Source of the DNA: Planctomycetota bacterium
GTDB taxonomy: Bacteria > Planctomycetota > B15-G4 > SIAN01
Assembly: GCA_031409275.1 (NCBI GenBank)
Contig: JANNXA010000051.1
Span: 356,809-420,808 of the forward strand
DNA length: 64,000 nucleotides
Direction of reading: 5' to 3'
The notes under the pieces are model-generated. The model ran no database searches. It had not been told where the DNA came from and saw only the letters and a list, made by a program, of their open reading frames with translations. Numbering within the stretch: position 1 is the stretch's first letter; each line of letters starts with the position of its first letter. The translations under genes were made by a program, and so were the position numbers. Below are positions 47,379-57,026 of this stretch, piece by piece.

Positions 47379-49150
47379 GATCGCTCCTCGCGGCGCGCAC
47401 CCGCGCCATCGGTCGTTTCGCCCGCCGTGCTCTTCACCACCGTCGCGGCCACCTGCCCACGCGCCAGCTGCGCGTGCAGCATCGCGCCGGGAGCGAGCTG
47501 CGCCGCCTCGCGAATCGTCTGCCCCAACGCATCGCGCACGATCGCAAAGCCGCGCCGCAAGGTGGCCTGCGGATGGAGCGACGCCGCGCGCAGCTCCAGA
47601 TCGGCAAGTCGAGCGGAGCGGCGCTGCAAGGTGGCGCGCAGCCGCGCCGGCTCGAAGCGCTCGATCAGCTTGGTCAACAGGGACGCCCGCAGCCGACCTT
47701 GAGCGCGCGTGAGCTCGCCCAGCCGGACGCGCGCATCGGCCAACGCGGTCCGCGCGCTGCGCACTCCCGACTGCAGCGCCGGCGCCAGCCGCGCACGCGC
47801 CGCGGCCAGCCGCTCGCGCGCACCACGACCGGCGGCATGCGCCCCGGCGGCGACGGCGGCGGCGACTCGGCGCAACCGCTCGCGCTCAGCGGGCAGCACA
47901 CGGCCGAGCGCCTCGCGCAACGCCGCGCCGCCTTGCGCCAGGAGCTGCTCGTAGGCGGCGACCCGCGCCACGATCGCGGCGGCGGCGGCGGTCGGCGTCT
48001 TCTCGCTGTGCGCGATCAGGTCGACCACCGAGACGTCGCGTTGATGGCCGATGCCGGAGATCACCTTGAGCGGCGACGTCGCCACGGCGAGCGCTACCTG
48101 CAAGGCATCGAACCCCATCAAGTCGGTCTTCGCGCCGCCGCCGCGGACGATCGCGACGACGTCGAACGCGTCGAGATGCGTGTCGAACCAGGCCAATGCC
48201 GCTGCCAGTCCGCGTTCCAGCCCGGCGCCCTGCACGCGCGTGTCGATGGCGGTGATGACGAAGGCGTAGCCGCTGCGCGAGAGTTCGTTGACGAAGTCGT
48301 TGTAGGCATCCGAGCCGGCGCTGGTGATCAGGCCGACGCGCAGCGGCACCAGCGGCCACGGCAGCGCACGATTGCGCTCGCGCAGGCCGCGGCGATCGAG
48401 CTCGGCCAGCACCTTGGCGCGATCCTGCGCCAGCTTCCCGAGCGTGTGGATCGGATCGACGTCCTCGACGACGAGCTGGTAGCTCCCCTTCGGGGCGTAG
48501 AGCTCGACGCGCACGGCGAGACGCACTTCGAGGCCATCCTTCAGCTCGAACGGTGCATCGGCGGCGGCCAGCTTCTTCTCGATCTCGCGGCGCGCGTTGG
48601 CGAAGAGGACGGCGGCGACGGTGGCACGCACCATGCCCCCTTCGCCATCCGTCGCTTTCTCGATCAGCTCGAACCAGACGTGCGGCCGGTGGCGGCTGCG
48701 CTCGAAGCCGGCGATCTCGCCGACCACCCACAGTCGCTGCGGGAACGCGGCGAGCAGCACCTGCTGCACGCGACTGTTGAGCGCGGAGACGGTCCACGAT
48801 TCGGGCGGCGCGATCGCGGCGGCGGCGGCCGCGGTCGCGGGTGGCGCGTCGGCGAAGAGCGCAGCCACCGCAGCGCGCGGCGCCGCCGGCGCCACGATCC
48901 CCTCGGCGAGCGTCTGCGTCCCGCCACGCGCCGCGTACGCCTCGCGCGCCGCCGCGGCCACTGCGAAGCCGTGCGGCACCAGCAGATCGACCACCTCGAC
49001 CACGCTCTCGACGGGCGCGCTCCAGCAGCGGTTCAGCTTGTCGAAGCTGCGGCGCGACAGCCCGCGCACCACATCGACGAGCGTCGGGTGGTACGGAAAG
49101 CGGATGACGACCTTCGCGTCACCTTCGAGCTCGATCGAACGTCCCGTCAC
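47375..49150 (-). CDS. xseA: Exodeoxyribonuclease VII large subunit with extra N-terminal (HARP-like) domain
   Basis: WTVSALN, WVVGEI, GLITSAGSDAYNDF, VQG, IVRGGG, SGIGH, KTPTAAA and LRRGFAIV. GTG 49150. Confidence 0.9.
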   Translation of the reverse strand: MTGRSIELEGDAKVVIRFPYHPTLVDVVRGLSRRSFDKLNRCWSAPVESVVEVVDLLVPHGFAVAAAAREAYAARGGTQTLAEGIVAPAAPRAAVAALFADAPPATAAAAAAIAPPESWTVSALNSRVQQVLLAAFPQRLWVVGEIAGFERSRHRPHVWFELIEKATDGEGGMVRATVAAVLFANARREIEKKLAAADAPFELKDGLEVRLAVRVELYAPKGSYQLVVEDVDPIHTLGKLAQDRAKVLAELDRRGLRERNRALPWPLVPLRVGLITSAGSDAYNDFVNELSRSGYAFVITAIDTRVQGAGLERGLAAALAWFDTHLDAFDVVAIVRGGGAKTDLMGFDALQVALAVATSPLKVISGIGHQRDVSVVDLIAHSEKTPTAAAAAIVARVAAYEQLLAQGGAALREALGRVLPAERERLRRVAAAVAAGAHAAGRGARERLAAARARLAPALQSGVRSARTALADARVRLGELTRAQGRLRASLLTKLIERFEPARLRATLQRRSARLADLELRAASLHPQATLRRGFAIVRDALGQTIREAAQLAPGAMLHAQLARGQVAATVVKSTAGETTDGAGARREERS

Positions 49151-49755
49151 TTCGGCTCCTCGCGTCTCGGCGCCGCGGGTGCGGCAGGCTTCGCAGGATA
49201 GAAGTCCTCTGGATCGGTCCCCAGCGCGTCGGCGACGCGATTGATGTAGTTGAAGTAGGCGATCACCTGCACCGCGTCGTGGATCGCGCGATCGGAGAGG
49301 CCCGCCGCCCGCAGCGCTTCGACGTCGTCGCGGCCGCACGCGGCCGGTTCGCGCGTGAGTTTCTCGGCGTACCCGCACAGCGCCTGATCGAGCGGCGCGA
49401 GGCCGGCCCCGCGCCAGTCGACCTTCGCCGCCGCCACCAGCGCGTCGGCCGCGGCTGCCCCCACCGTCTTCTCCGCCTCCGACCGGAGGTCGTGCGAGTG
49501 TGCCTCGGTTCAGTAGTGGCAGCCGTTCGTGCGCGACACGACCACGGCCAGCAGCTCGCGTTGCACGCGCGAGAGCGGCGAGGCGCCATGCATCGCGACG
49601 CCGTAGTGGCGCATCGAGGCATCGAGGAGCGGCGGATTGGGGCTCATCGTCTTGACGATGTTCCAGACGCGGCCGGCGCGGCCGATGGCGGCGTCGTACT
49701 GCGCCTTCAGCGACCCCGTCGCCTCATGCACTTCCACCAGGCGGATGTGGGCCAT
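49147..49755 (-). CDS. AhpD/carboxymuconolactone decarboxylase-family peroxidase-related selenoprotein (Sec at codon 82, TGA 49512-49510)
   Basis: MAHIRLV...RELLAVVVSRTNGCHY-TGA-TEAHSHDLR...YAEKLT..P...LRAAGLSDRAIHDAVQVIAYFNYINRVADALG is one continuous frame with a CxxU motif and a downstream hairpin. Confidence 0.88.
49476..49489 (-). promoter_or_regulatory. Putative bacterial SECIS hairpin
   Basis: Minus strand CCTCC-GGTC-GGAGG. The loop starts with G, about 25 nt after the TGA. Confidence 0.65.
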
Positions 49756-49797
49756 CGTTGCGCTCCCCTCTTCGCCGACCCCGCTACCATCGCGGCC

Positions 49798-51243
49798 ATG
49801 AACGAGCGGCGACGCTACTCGGTGATCCGGGACCCCGTCCACGGCGACCTCTACCTCACCGACGAGGAGATGGCGCTGCTCGACACCGCGGCGATGCAGC
49901 GGCTGCGCGGCGTGCGGCAGCTCGGCACCGCCTACCTCGTCTACCCCGGCGCGCAGCACACCCGTTTCGAGCACTCGCTCGGCACGCTCCACGTCGCCAG
50001 CCGGCTCATCGCCGCGATCAACCGCAACCGCGAGCTGCGGCCGGAGGGACTGCTCGGCATCGCGGCCGACGAGGAGCGCATCGTGCGCGCCGCCGCGCTG
50101 CTGCACGACGTCACCCACATCCCGTCCGGCCACAACATCGAGGACGTGCGCGGCATCCTCGATCGCCACGACTCGGCGCCGCGCTACCTCGCGCTCCTCG
50201 GCGAAGGGAGCGAGCTCGGGACGCTGCTGTCGCGCATGGGGATCCGGCGCGAGGTGCTGGCCGTGCTGCTGCCGGAAGGGACGCCCGGCTGGCCCGAAGT
50301 CCCGGCTTGCTGGCGTGAACTGCTCTCCGACACGATCTGCGCCGACCTGCTCGACTACCTGAAGCGCGACGCCTACTTCACCGGGCTCAACCTCGCCTAC
50401 GACGAGCGCGTGCTCTCCTACTTCATGGTCGATCGCGCCAGCGGCCATCTCTTCGTCGACGTCGAGAAGCGCGGCCTCTTGCGCGAGGACATCCTCTCGG
50501 AGCTGCTGCGCGTCCTCGAAGCGCGCTACTTCTTCAGCGAGCGCGTCTACTACCACCACGCGAAAGTCGCGGCCGGCGCCATGGTGGCGCAGGTGGTCGA
50601 GACCGCGCTGCTGCACGGCGGCCTGCAGAAAGAGCAGCTCTTCACGCTGACCGACGCCGAGCTCCTGCCGCTGCTCGAGCGCCATGTCGCCGCCCCGACG
50701 CCGACGGGCCGCTCGGAGAATTCCGGCGGCGAGCTCTTCGCCGCGGTGCGCAGCGACGTCGCCGACGAACTCGCGCGCGCACGCGAACTGGCGACGCGGC
50801 TGCGTTCGCGCCGCCTGCTGAAGCGCGCCTGCGTCTATCCGCTCTACGCCAACCGCGGCGTGCAGCAGGAGCTGCTCGATCGTTTCTTCGCGCCGGGCCG
50901 CCATGGCGAACGGCAATCCTTCGAGCGCGACGTGCGCGAGCAGCTTCGTCGCGCCGGCCACGAGCCGGTCTTGATCCAGCTCTATTGCCCGTCGCGCAAG
51001 ATGCAGCTGAAGGAAGCCGCGACCCACGTGCGCTACCCGGGCGCCGCCGCCATCGCGCCGCTGTCGACGTTCGCCGACAAGCTGCCGCGACTCGCCGACC
51101 TCGAACGCTCCTATCGCGACCTCTGGAAGCTCTACCTCTTCGCCGGCAGCGACGACCCGCGCGTCCTCGCCGAGATCGGCCGCATCGCCGCGCGCCTGCT
51201 GCCCGGCGCCGTCAACGTCTACCAGCCGACTGCGGAGCGCTGA
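49798..51243 (+). CDS. HD-domain phosphohydrolase, SAMHD1/dNTP triphosphohydrolase-like
   Basis: IRDPVHG, QRLRGVRQLG..YLVYPGAQHTRFEHSLG, LLHD, ADLLDYLKRD and ERVYYHH. Confidence 0.88.
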   Translation: MNERRRYSVIRDPVHGDLYLTDEEMALLDTAAMQRLRGVRQLGTAYLVYPGAQHTRFEHSLGTLHVASRLIAAINRNRELRPEGLLGIAADEERIVRAAALLHDVTHIPSGHNIEDVRGILDRHDSAPRYLALLGEGSELGTLLSRMGIRREVLAVLLPEGTPGWPEVPACWRELLSDTICADLLDYLKRDAYFTGLNLAYDERVLSYFMVDRASGHLFVDVEKRGLLREDILSELLRVLEARYFFSERVYYHHAKVAAGAMVAQVVETALLHGGLQKEQLFTLTDAELLPLLERHVAAPTPTGRSENSGGELFAAVRSDVADELARARELATRLRSRRLLKRACVYPLYANRGVQQELLDRFFAPGRHGERQSFERDVREQLRRAGHEPVLIQLYCPSRKMQLKEAATHVRYPGAAAIAPLSTFADKLPRLADLERSYRDLWKLYLFAGSDDPRVLAEIGRIAARLLPGAVNVYQPTAER

Positions 51244-51678
51244 GTCCTGAGAGCTGCGCGTTGAGCGTCAAGCTGCGCGGAACTTTGAGAGCTCGCGGAG
51301 GGCGCAGCCGTCAGCGCCACGTCGTCACCTCACCCGAGGCTCGCCGTCGCTCTCCCGCGCCGCGCCGCCGCCACCCGCGACGCACGGTCTCCTCCCCGCA
51401 TCCGGCGGCGCCCCCCTCCCACCTCACCTACCACCTCGGTTGGGTTTCAGCTGCGAAGCGCGCGCAGCGCCGCTTCGTCTGCTGCAAACCCCGCGCGATG
51501 AGCCGCGCACCGCGCGGTCTCGTCGCCGCGCGCGTTGAGCTGCGGGCCTGGTCCGAATGCTGGCGAGCCCTCGCCGCGTTTCTCCAGGGGTGGAGCCGAG
51601 CGGAGACAGCGGGCTCGCCAGTGCTCGATCCGGTCGGAATGATGTCGGCCATCGCGGTAGCCATCGTCGGAGCGATCC

Positions 51679-54396
51679 ATGAGCCGTTCCATCGTCCGCC
51701 TCGGCGTGATCTCGGCGATCTCCGTCGCCTTCATCGCTGTCGAATCCGCATCACGAGCCGCGGTCCGCGTGGCCCCGCGCGCGAACCAACCTCCGATCAT
51801 CACTGTCGAGCTGCCGCCGAACCCAGGCTACTTCTACGACGGCAACGTCGTGCGCATGACCGTGCGCGTGATCGACCCCGACGGCGACCTTGTCACTGCC
51901 GTCATGGATGGCGCAATCGAGGTCGAGGGGTTCCGGCCGATCGTCGCCGCGCCGTCGGGCACGAGCCGTGAGATCGTCTGGTACACGAGTTCCGCGCTTG
52001 CCGGCCACAACGAGCTGGTGATCACCGCGTGGGACGACGCGGAGCCAGCGGTCCACGTCCGCCACCGCGAATCGCTGCTCGTACTCGGGACCGATCGGGG
52101 CCGTCGCATCGCGTTCCACGATCTCGACGGCGACGGTGACGACGAGCTTTTCGCCGCCGCCTACAACGGTGACGTCATTCCCGTCCACAACGCCGGCGCG
52201 ATCGCGCTGTTCGATCAATACGGCGTCCGCGGACCGGGCATGCGGCCGAGTCTGCTCACCGCGGCGACGCCGGCCAGTTCCGGGCAGGTCGGCTGGTCGA
52301 TCGGTGGCGGCATCCAGATCGCCGATGTCACGGGCGACGGCCGCCCCGACCTGATCGCCCGTGATGCGACGGCGCTGCTGGTCTGGAGCGCGCCCGATCC
52401 GGCCGCCTCGTTCACCGGCGCGAGCGCGACGTTGAAGTGCAGTGATCCGACGAGCGGCTTCTACGGCGGCGCGACGGACTGGATCGTCGTCGACGTGACC
52501 AACGACGGCGTCGCCGACGTCATCGCGGTCGCGTCGGGCGCCGACGTCAACGGCGTGGTCGACGCGGGCGAGATCTGCGTGTTCGCCGGCGGGCCGGGGA
52601 TGACCGGAACTCCCGCGCCGATGGCCACGCTGCACCTCCCGAACGCGGTCGCCGGCGATCAGCTCGGCCTCGTGCGGATCGGGTGGTACGCGCAGGGGCT
52701 GCTGATTGGCGACGTGACGGGTGACGGCGTGGCCGACGTCGTCGCCTGCGCATCCCAGGCCGATCGTCCCGGCTTCATCAACTGCGGTCGTCTCTTCGTC
52801 TGGGAGGGCGGCGCGGCGCTGACCGGCTCGCCCGCTCCGACGGCGACCCTCGACGCGCTCAGCACCAAAGGCGGGGACATGCTCGGCTACGACGGCACCG
52901 GCGAGGGGGTCTTCCTCGTCGACGTGACCGGCGATGGCGTGCGCGACGTCGTCGCGGCGTGCCCGGAGGTGGGCGCTGGCGGCAGCCTCTTCCTGTGGCA
53001 TGGCGGCGCGACTCTCGCCGGGTCGATCGACGCGACGGCACAGCTGCGCCAGGCGACTCCGCAAGCGGGCGATGGCGTCGGCCGGACCGGCGCGTGGGGC
53101 GAGGGGATCCAGTTCGTCGACCTGAATAGCGACGGGATCCAGGACGTGCTCGCGTGCGCGACTTTCGCGGACGTCAACGGCCAGAAAAACGCCGGCGCGC
53201 TTTTCTATTGGCCGGGCGGCAATCTCAGCGGACTCGTCTTCCAGTCCGCGATCCTGCAGCGGGCAGTTCCCGTGAAGCACGACGACCTCGCCCAGAGCCG
53301 TTGCGGTCTCCAGTTCGCCGACGTCACGGGCGACGGCCAGCTCGACGTCGTGACGATCAGCCCGAACGCCGACGGCGCTGCGATCGACAGCGGCGTGATC
53401 GACGTCTGGCAGGGCGGCGCAGGCTTCAGCGGCACCGTGACACCGACTGCCGAGCTGCAGGTGAGCGGCGCCGTCGCGTCGGACCTGCTCGGCGTGGCAA
53501 ACGGAAAGTACGCGGTCGGCGCGTGCGGCATGCTGCTCGTCGACGTGACCGGCGACGGCGTGAACGACGTGATCGCGGTCGGCTCTCAGGTCGACGTCGG
53601 TGGCGTCAGCGATGCGGGCGCCGCGTATGTGTGGGCTGGCGGCGCGGGCCTTACGGGTGGCGCGATCGTTGCGCCGAGCGCTCGCCTTTCCGATCCGGCG
53701 CCGGTGAAAGACGAACTGCTCGGCTACCGGACGCAGAACGGTTGCGCCGTCCACGCAGGCGACGTCGACGGCGACGGCGTGCTCGACGTCGTCCTGCTCG
53801 CGACGAGCGATCCGAGTTACCGCAATCCACCGGCAAGCGTGCGCGCGAAGGTCTTCACCTTCGCCGGTGGCGCGGCGATGGCCGGCAATCCGGCGCCGAG
53901 CCTGACCGGCACGTCGCCGCAGGATTGGGATGGCATGGGCAACTTCGGCGAGGAGTGCTTCCTCGCCGACGTGAACTGCGACTTCAAAGCTGACGTGGTC
54001 ACACACGTCCCGGCTCACGAGCGCTTCGTCCACGGCGCGCAAGCGATCGGCGCGATCTACGTGTTCTTCGGCCGATCGACAGGAGTCGTGCAGCCGATGA
54101 TCTTCCGGAACTCGATCGCCGCGATCGCCGACGGCGACGACAGCTGGATCCCGCCGCCGGAGGACATCGACGGCGACAGCCGGATCGACCTCGTCATCGT
54201 CCAGCCGTTTGCCGACTCGGGGACGATCCGCGACGTCGGCCAACTGTTGCTGTGGCGCGATCCCCTGCGAGGGAACGGCAACGGCAGGGGTTTCGTCTCG
54301 CTGCCGCCGGGCGGGTTCGGGCCAGCGCCGCAGACCGATCCTGAAATCGCGACGCCGGAGCTCCGGCTCGGGACCTACGCCAACCTGGGGCGGTGA
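51679..54396 (+). CDS. Secreted FG-GAP/VCBS (integrin-alpha-like) repeat protein
   Basis: Signal-like N-terminus and many DVTGDGV.DV(I/V)A...AG...(V/F)W.GG repeats. Confidence 0.88.
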   Translation: MSRSIVRLGVISAISVAFIAVESASRAAVRVAPRANQPPIITVELPPNPGYFYDGNVVRMTVRVIDPDGDLVTAVMDGAIEVEGFRPIVAAPSGTSREIVWYTSSALAGHNELVITAWDDAEPAVHVRHRESLLVLGTDRGRRIAFHDLDGDGDDELFAAAYNGDVIPVHNAGAIALFDQYGVRGPGMRPSLLTAATPASSGQVGWSIGGGIQIADVTGDGRPDLIARDATALLVWSAPDPAASFTGASATLKCSDPTSGFYGGATDWIVVDVTNDGVADVIAVASGADVNGVVDAGEICVFAGGPGMTGTPAPMATLHLPNAVAGDQLGLVRIGWYAQGLLIGDVTGDGVADVVACASQADRPGFINCGRLFVWEGGAALTGSPAPTATLDALSTKGGDMLGYDGTGEGVFLVDVTGDGVRDVVAACPEVGAGGSLFLWHGGATLAGSIDATAQLRQATPQAGDGVGRTGAWGEGIQFVDLNSDGIQDVLACATFADVNGQKNAGALFYWPGGNLSGLVFQSAILQRAVPVKHDDLAQSRCGLQFADVTGDGQLDVVTISPNADGAAIDSGVIDVWQGGAGFSGTVTPTAELQVSGAVASDLLGVANGKYAVGACGMLLVDVTGDGVNDVIAVGSQVDVGGVSDAGAAYVWAGGAGLTGGAIVAPSARLSDPAPVKDELLGYRTQNGCAVHAGDVDGDGVLDVVLLATSDPSYRNPPASVRAKVFTFAGGAAMAGNPAPSLTGTSPQDWDGMGNFGEECFLADVNCDFKADVVTHVPAHERFVHGAQAIGAIYVFFGRSTGVVQPMIFRNSIAAIADGDDSWIPPPEDIDGDSRIDLVIVQPFADSGTIRDVGQLLLWRDPLRGNGNGRGFVSLPPGGFGPAPQTDPEIATPELRLGTYANLGR

Positions 54397-54671
54397 CGCG
54401 CGAGTCCTTCAGCGCGGCTCCGGCGAGCTCAATGAACCCCGCCGGCGCGAGGAGATCCCCGCTGCGATCGGCGGGCGCGCCAGCAACGGCGTGCCACTCA
54501 CAACGAGTGCAGGTGATCCTCTCGAGTCACGGACGGCCGGCTCGGGCCAGCGCGCAGAGCGGTTCGCTGCGAAGGGCTCCTCGCGGGGCGGCCCGCCGCG
54601 CTACGGCGAGTTCGTCGGGAACTGTGGTCGCGTTTTGGGACCCCGTTGCCCGGCCCGCGCCGCCGACCGCT

Positions 54672-56975
54672 TCAGCTACCGCTCGCGGACTTCCCAGCCG
54701 CTTCCGGCTCACAGCAATCGTCGGCGGCGGGGAACACGTAGCACTTCAGCTCCGACGGCTCGAGCGCCGTCGCGCCCTCGACCGCGAGCCACGCGCGATC
54801 CAGCGCGACTCCGGCGAAGCGCGACACCGTCCCCGAACCCGGCCAGCGCACTTCGACGGCGGTGATCGCCGTCGCATCGCCAAGCCCAAGCTCGAGCTGC
54901 AACGACGAGCTGCCGAAGCTGCCGCCGGTGCCGACCACCTGATGGATCGAGCGCGCGCCACGCGGCGTGGCAACCTCGACGCGCACGCGCGCGCCCTGCG
55001 CCGCGCGATTCGCCTGCACACCGCGGAAGCGCAGCGTCACCCAGTGGTTGCCGTGGCCCGGGTTGGCGAAGACGACGGTCGGGTAGTAGTCGCCAGTCAG
55101 CGCGCCGCCCGCTTCGAGGTAGACGTCCTGGTCACCGTCACCGTCGAGGTCGGCCCAGGCGACGCCGTGCCCCTTCTGGATGTGACCGAAGCCGCCGGCC
55201 GTCGTGACATCCTGGAAGGTGCCGTCGCCGGCGTTGCGGAACATGCGATTGGGCAGCAGCGCGCGCAGGCTCGGCGCGCCGTTGCCGAGGTAGAAGTCGG
55301 TGAAGCCGTCGTTGTCGAGGTCGCCGAAGTTGCTGCCCATGGTCAGCACGGCGCGATCGACGCCGGCCGCCTTGGCCACGTCGTTGAACTTGCCGCCCCC
55401 CTCGTTGTGGTAGAGGCGCGGCACCGAGGCGAGCTCCTTGCCGAACAGCAGGTTGCCCACCTCGCTGATCGAGTCGCTGGTGAACAGTCCGTTGCCGGCG
55501 ACGAAGAGGTCGAGGCGGCCGTCGTTGTCGTAGTCGAAGAACCAGGTCGGGAAGCTCATCGCCGGCTCGGCGACGCCAGCCGACGCCGTGACGTCGACGA
55601 AGTGGATTCCCTCGTCGCCGCCCGCCACGTTCTTCAGCAGGACGTTCGCCTCCTCGCGCCGCGAGTAGTAGAGGTCGACGCGCCCGTCGTCGTCGAAGTC
55701 GCCGGCCGCGACCCCCTTCACCCAGCCGACGATGTCGGCGCCCACTTCCTCGGACACCTCGCGGAAGGTGCCGTCACGATTGCTGAGCCAGAGCTCGCTC
55801 GGCTGCGCCTTCGCGTCGGGCTGCGTCTCGTTGCCGATGATCAAGTCGAGCCAGCCGTCGTTGTTCAGGTCGGCCCACTGCGCCGCCTGCGTCGCGTGGT
55901 AGGCGAGGACGCCCGCCTCCTCGGTCACGTCCTCGAAGGTGCCGTCGCCGCGGTTGCGCAGCAGCGAGTTGGGCATCCGGCCGATCTCGCCCATCCAGGC
56001 GCCGCGCAGCACCAGGACGTCGGCGTCGCCGTCGTTGTCGTAGTCGGCGTGGCAGCAATTGAGGCCACCGGTCAGCCCCTCGAGCCCCGCCTCGCGAGTG
56101 CGTTCGACGAAGCGACCGACGCCTTTGTCGTCGACGCGCGCGACGAAGAAGCGCGCCGGGTCCTCGAGCCCGATCGCGGTGCAGAAAACGTCGATCAGGC
56201 CGTCGCCGTCGAAGTCCTCGAGGCAGACGCCGCCCGAACGGGTCGCGATGCCGAGCCCGAGCGCCGGCGCGACGTCGGGGAAGCGGCCGCAGTCGTAGCT
56301 CGACGCCAGCGCCTCGGGCTCCAGGCGCCACCGCTCGGGCACGCCGTCGGGCCAGCGGCCGAGCGTCATCGCCGCGAGGTTCAGCAGCCAGCGCGACTCG
56401 ATGTCGTCGGGGAACTCCTCGCAAAGCTCGAGGTAGAGCTTGAACGCCTGCTCCGACCCCTCGCGCTCGACGTGCTGGCCGCCCGGCGCGATCGGCGCGA
56501 TGCACGACGCGCACGCGTGGTGGCCGATGCAGTTCTCGAGCTCGCCGAGCCGCAGCCAGGTGATGGCGCGCCAGCGCTTCAGGTCGGCCTGGAACTCGGC
56601 GTCCGGCTTGCCGAACCGCTCGAGCCACGTCTTCTCGGCGAGGTCGAACTCGGCCAGCGCGCCGGCGGCGTCGTTCATCTGCACCAGCTCGCGGGCGAGC
56701 AGGCGGTGCTTGCGCGGCTCGTCGTCGCTGCCGCGCGAGTCTTCGAGCTGCTCGAGCCGCCACTGGAGGCGCTCGGCGTTGAGCATGTAGCCCTCGGGCC
56801 GCTTGTAGTCGATCTCCTCGCGGATCTCGGCCAGTTCGTCGACCATCCACAACGTGCCGGAGCTGCGCGGGTCGCCTGGCTGCGGCACGGGGCGTCGTGA
56901 ATCGAGCCACCAGGCCACTCCGGCGCCGACGCCGACCAGCGGCAGCAGGATGAGGACGAGATCACGCGACTTCAT
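54672..56975 (-). CDS. CRTAC1 / ASPIC-UnbV family protein with N-terminal TPR-like region
   Basis: N-terminal TM, repeated DYDNDG/DFDGDG motifs, GHIQKGHGVA and NRAAQGARV...LGLG...VRWPGSG. Confidence 0.9.
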   Translation of the reverse strand: MKSRDLVLILLPLVGVGAGVAWWLDSRRPVPQPGDPRSSGTLWMVDELAEIREEIDYKRPEGYMLNAERLQWRLEQLEDSRGSDDEPRKHRLLARELVQMNDAAGALAEFDLAEKTWLERFGKPDAEFQADLKRWRAITWLRLGELENCIGHHACASCIAPIAPGGQHVEREGSEQAFKLYLELCEEFPDDIESRWLLNLAAMTLGRWPDGVPERWRLEPEALASSYDCGRFPDVAPALGLGIATRSGGVCLEDFDGDGLIDVFCTAIGLEDPARFFVARVDDKGVGRFVERTREAGLEGLTGGLNCCHADYDNDGDADVLVLRGAWMGEIGRMPNSLLRNRGDGTFEDVTEEAGVLAYHATQAAQWADLNNDGWLDLIIGNETQPDAKAQPSELWLSNRDGTFREVSEEVGADIVGWVKGVAAGDFDDDGRVDLYYSRREEANVLLKNVAGGDEGIHFVDVTASAGVAEPAMSFPTWFFDYDNDGRLDLFVAGNGLFTSDSISEVGNLLFGKELASVPRLYHNEGGGKFNDVAKAAGVDRAVLTMGSNFGDLDNDGFTDFYLGNGAPSLRALLPNRMFRNAGDGTFQDVTTAGGFGHIQKGHGVAWADLDGDGDQDVYLEAGGALTGDYYPTVVFANPGHGNHWVTLRFRGVQANRAAQGARVRVEVATPRGARSIHQVVGTGGSFGSSSLQLELGLGDATAITAVEVRWPGSGTVSRFAGVALDRAWLAVEGATALEPSELKCYVFPAADDCCEPEAAGKSASGS

Positions 56976-57026
56976 GGCGAGGCGATCCGTGAACGTGGAG
57001 GAGACCTGGCAAACGGGGCCGCGATC

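Noticed and set aside
49510..51027. 505-aa minus-strand ORF, and the reading of the AhpD gene as a pseudogene
   Set aside because: Only the last 81 codons (from ATG 49755) are real; the rest is antisense to the HD gene. The TGA falls on the catalytic Cys position with a SECIS-like hairpin, which favours Sec over a nonsense mutation.
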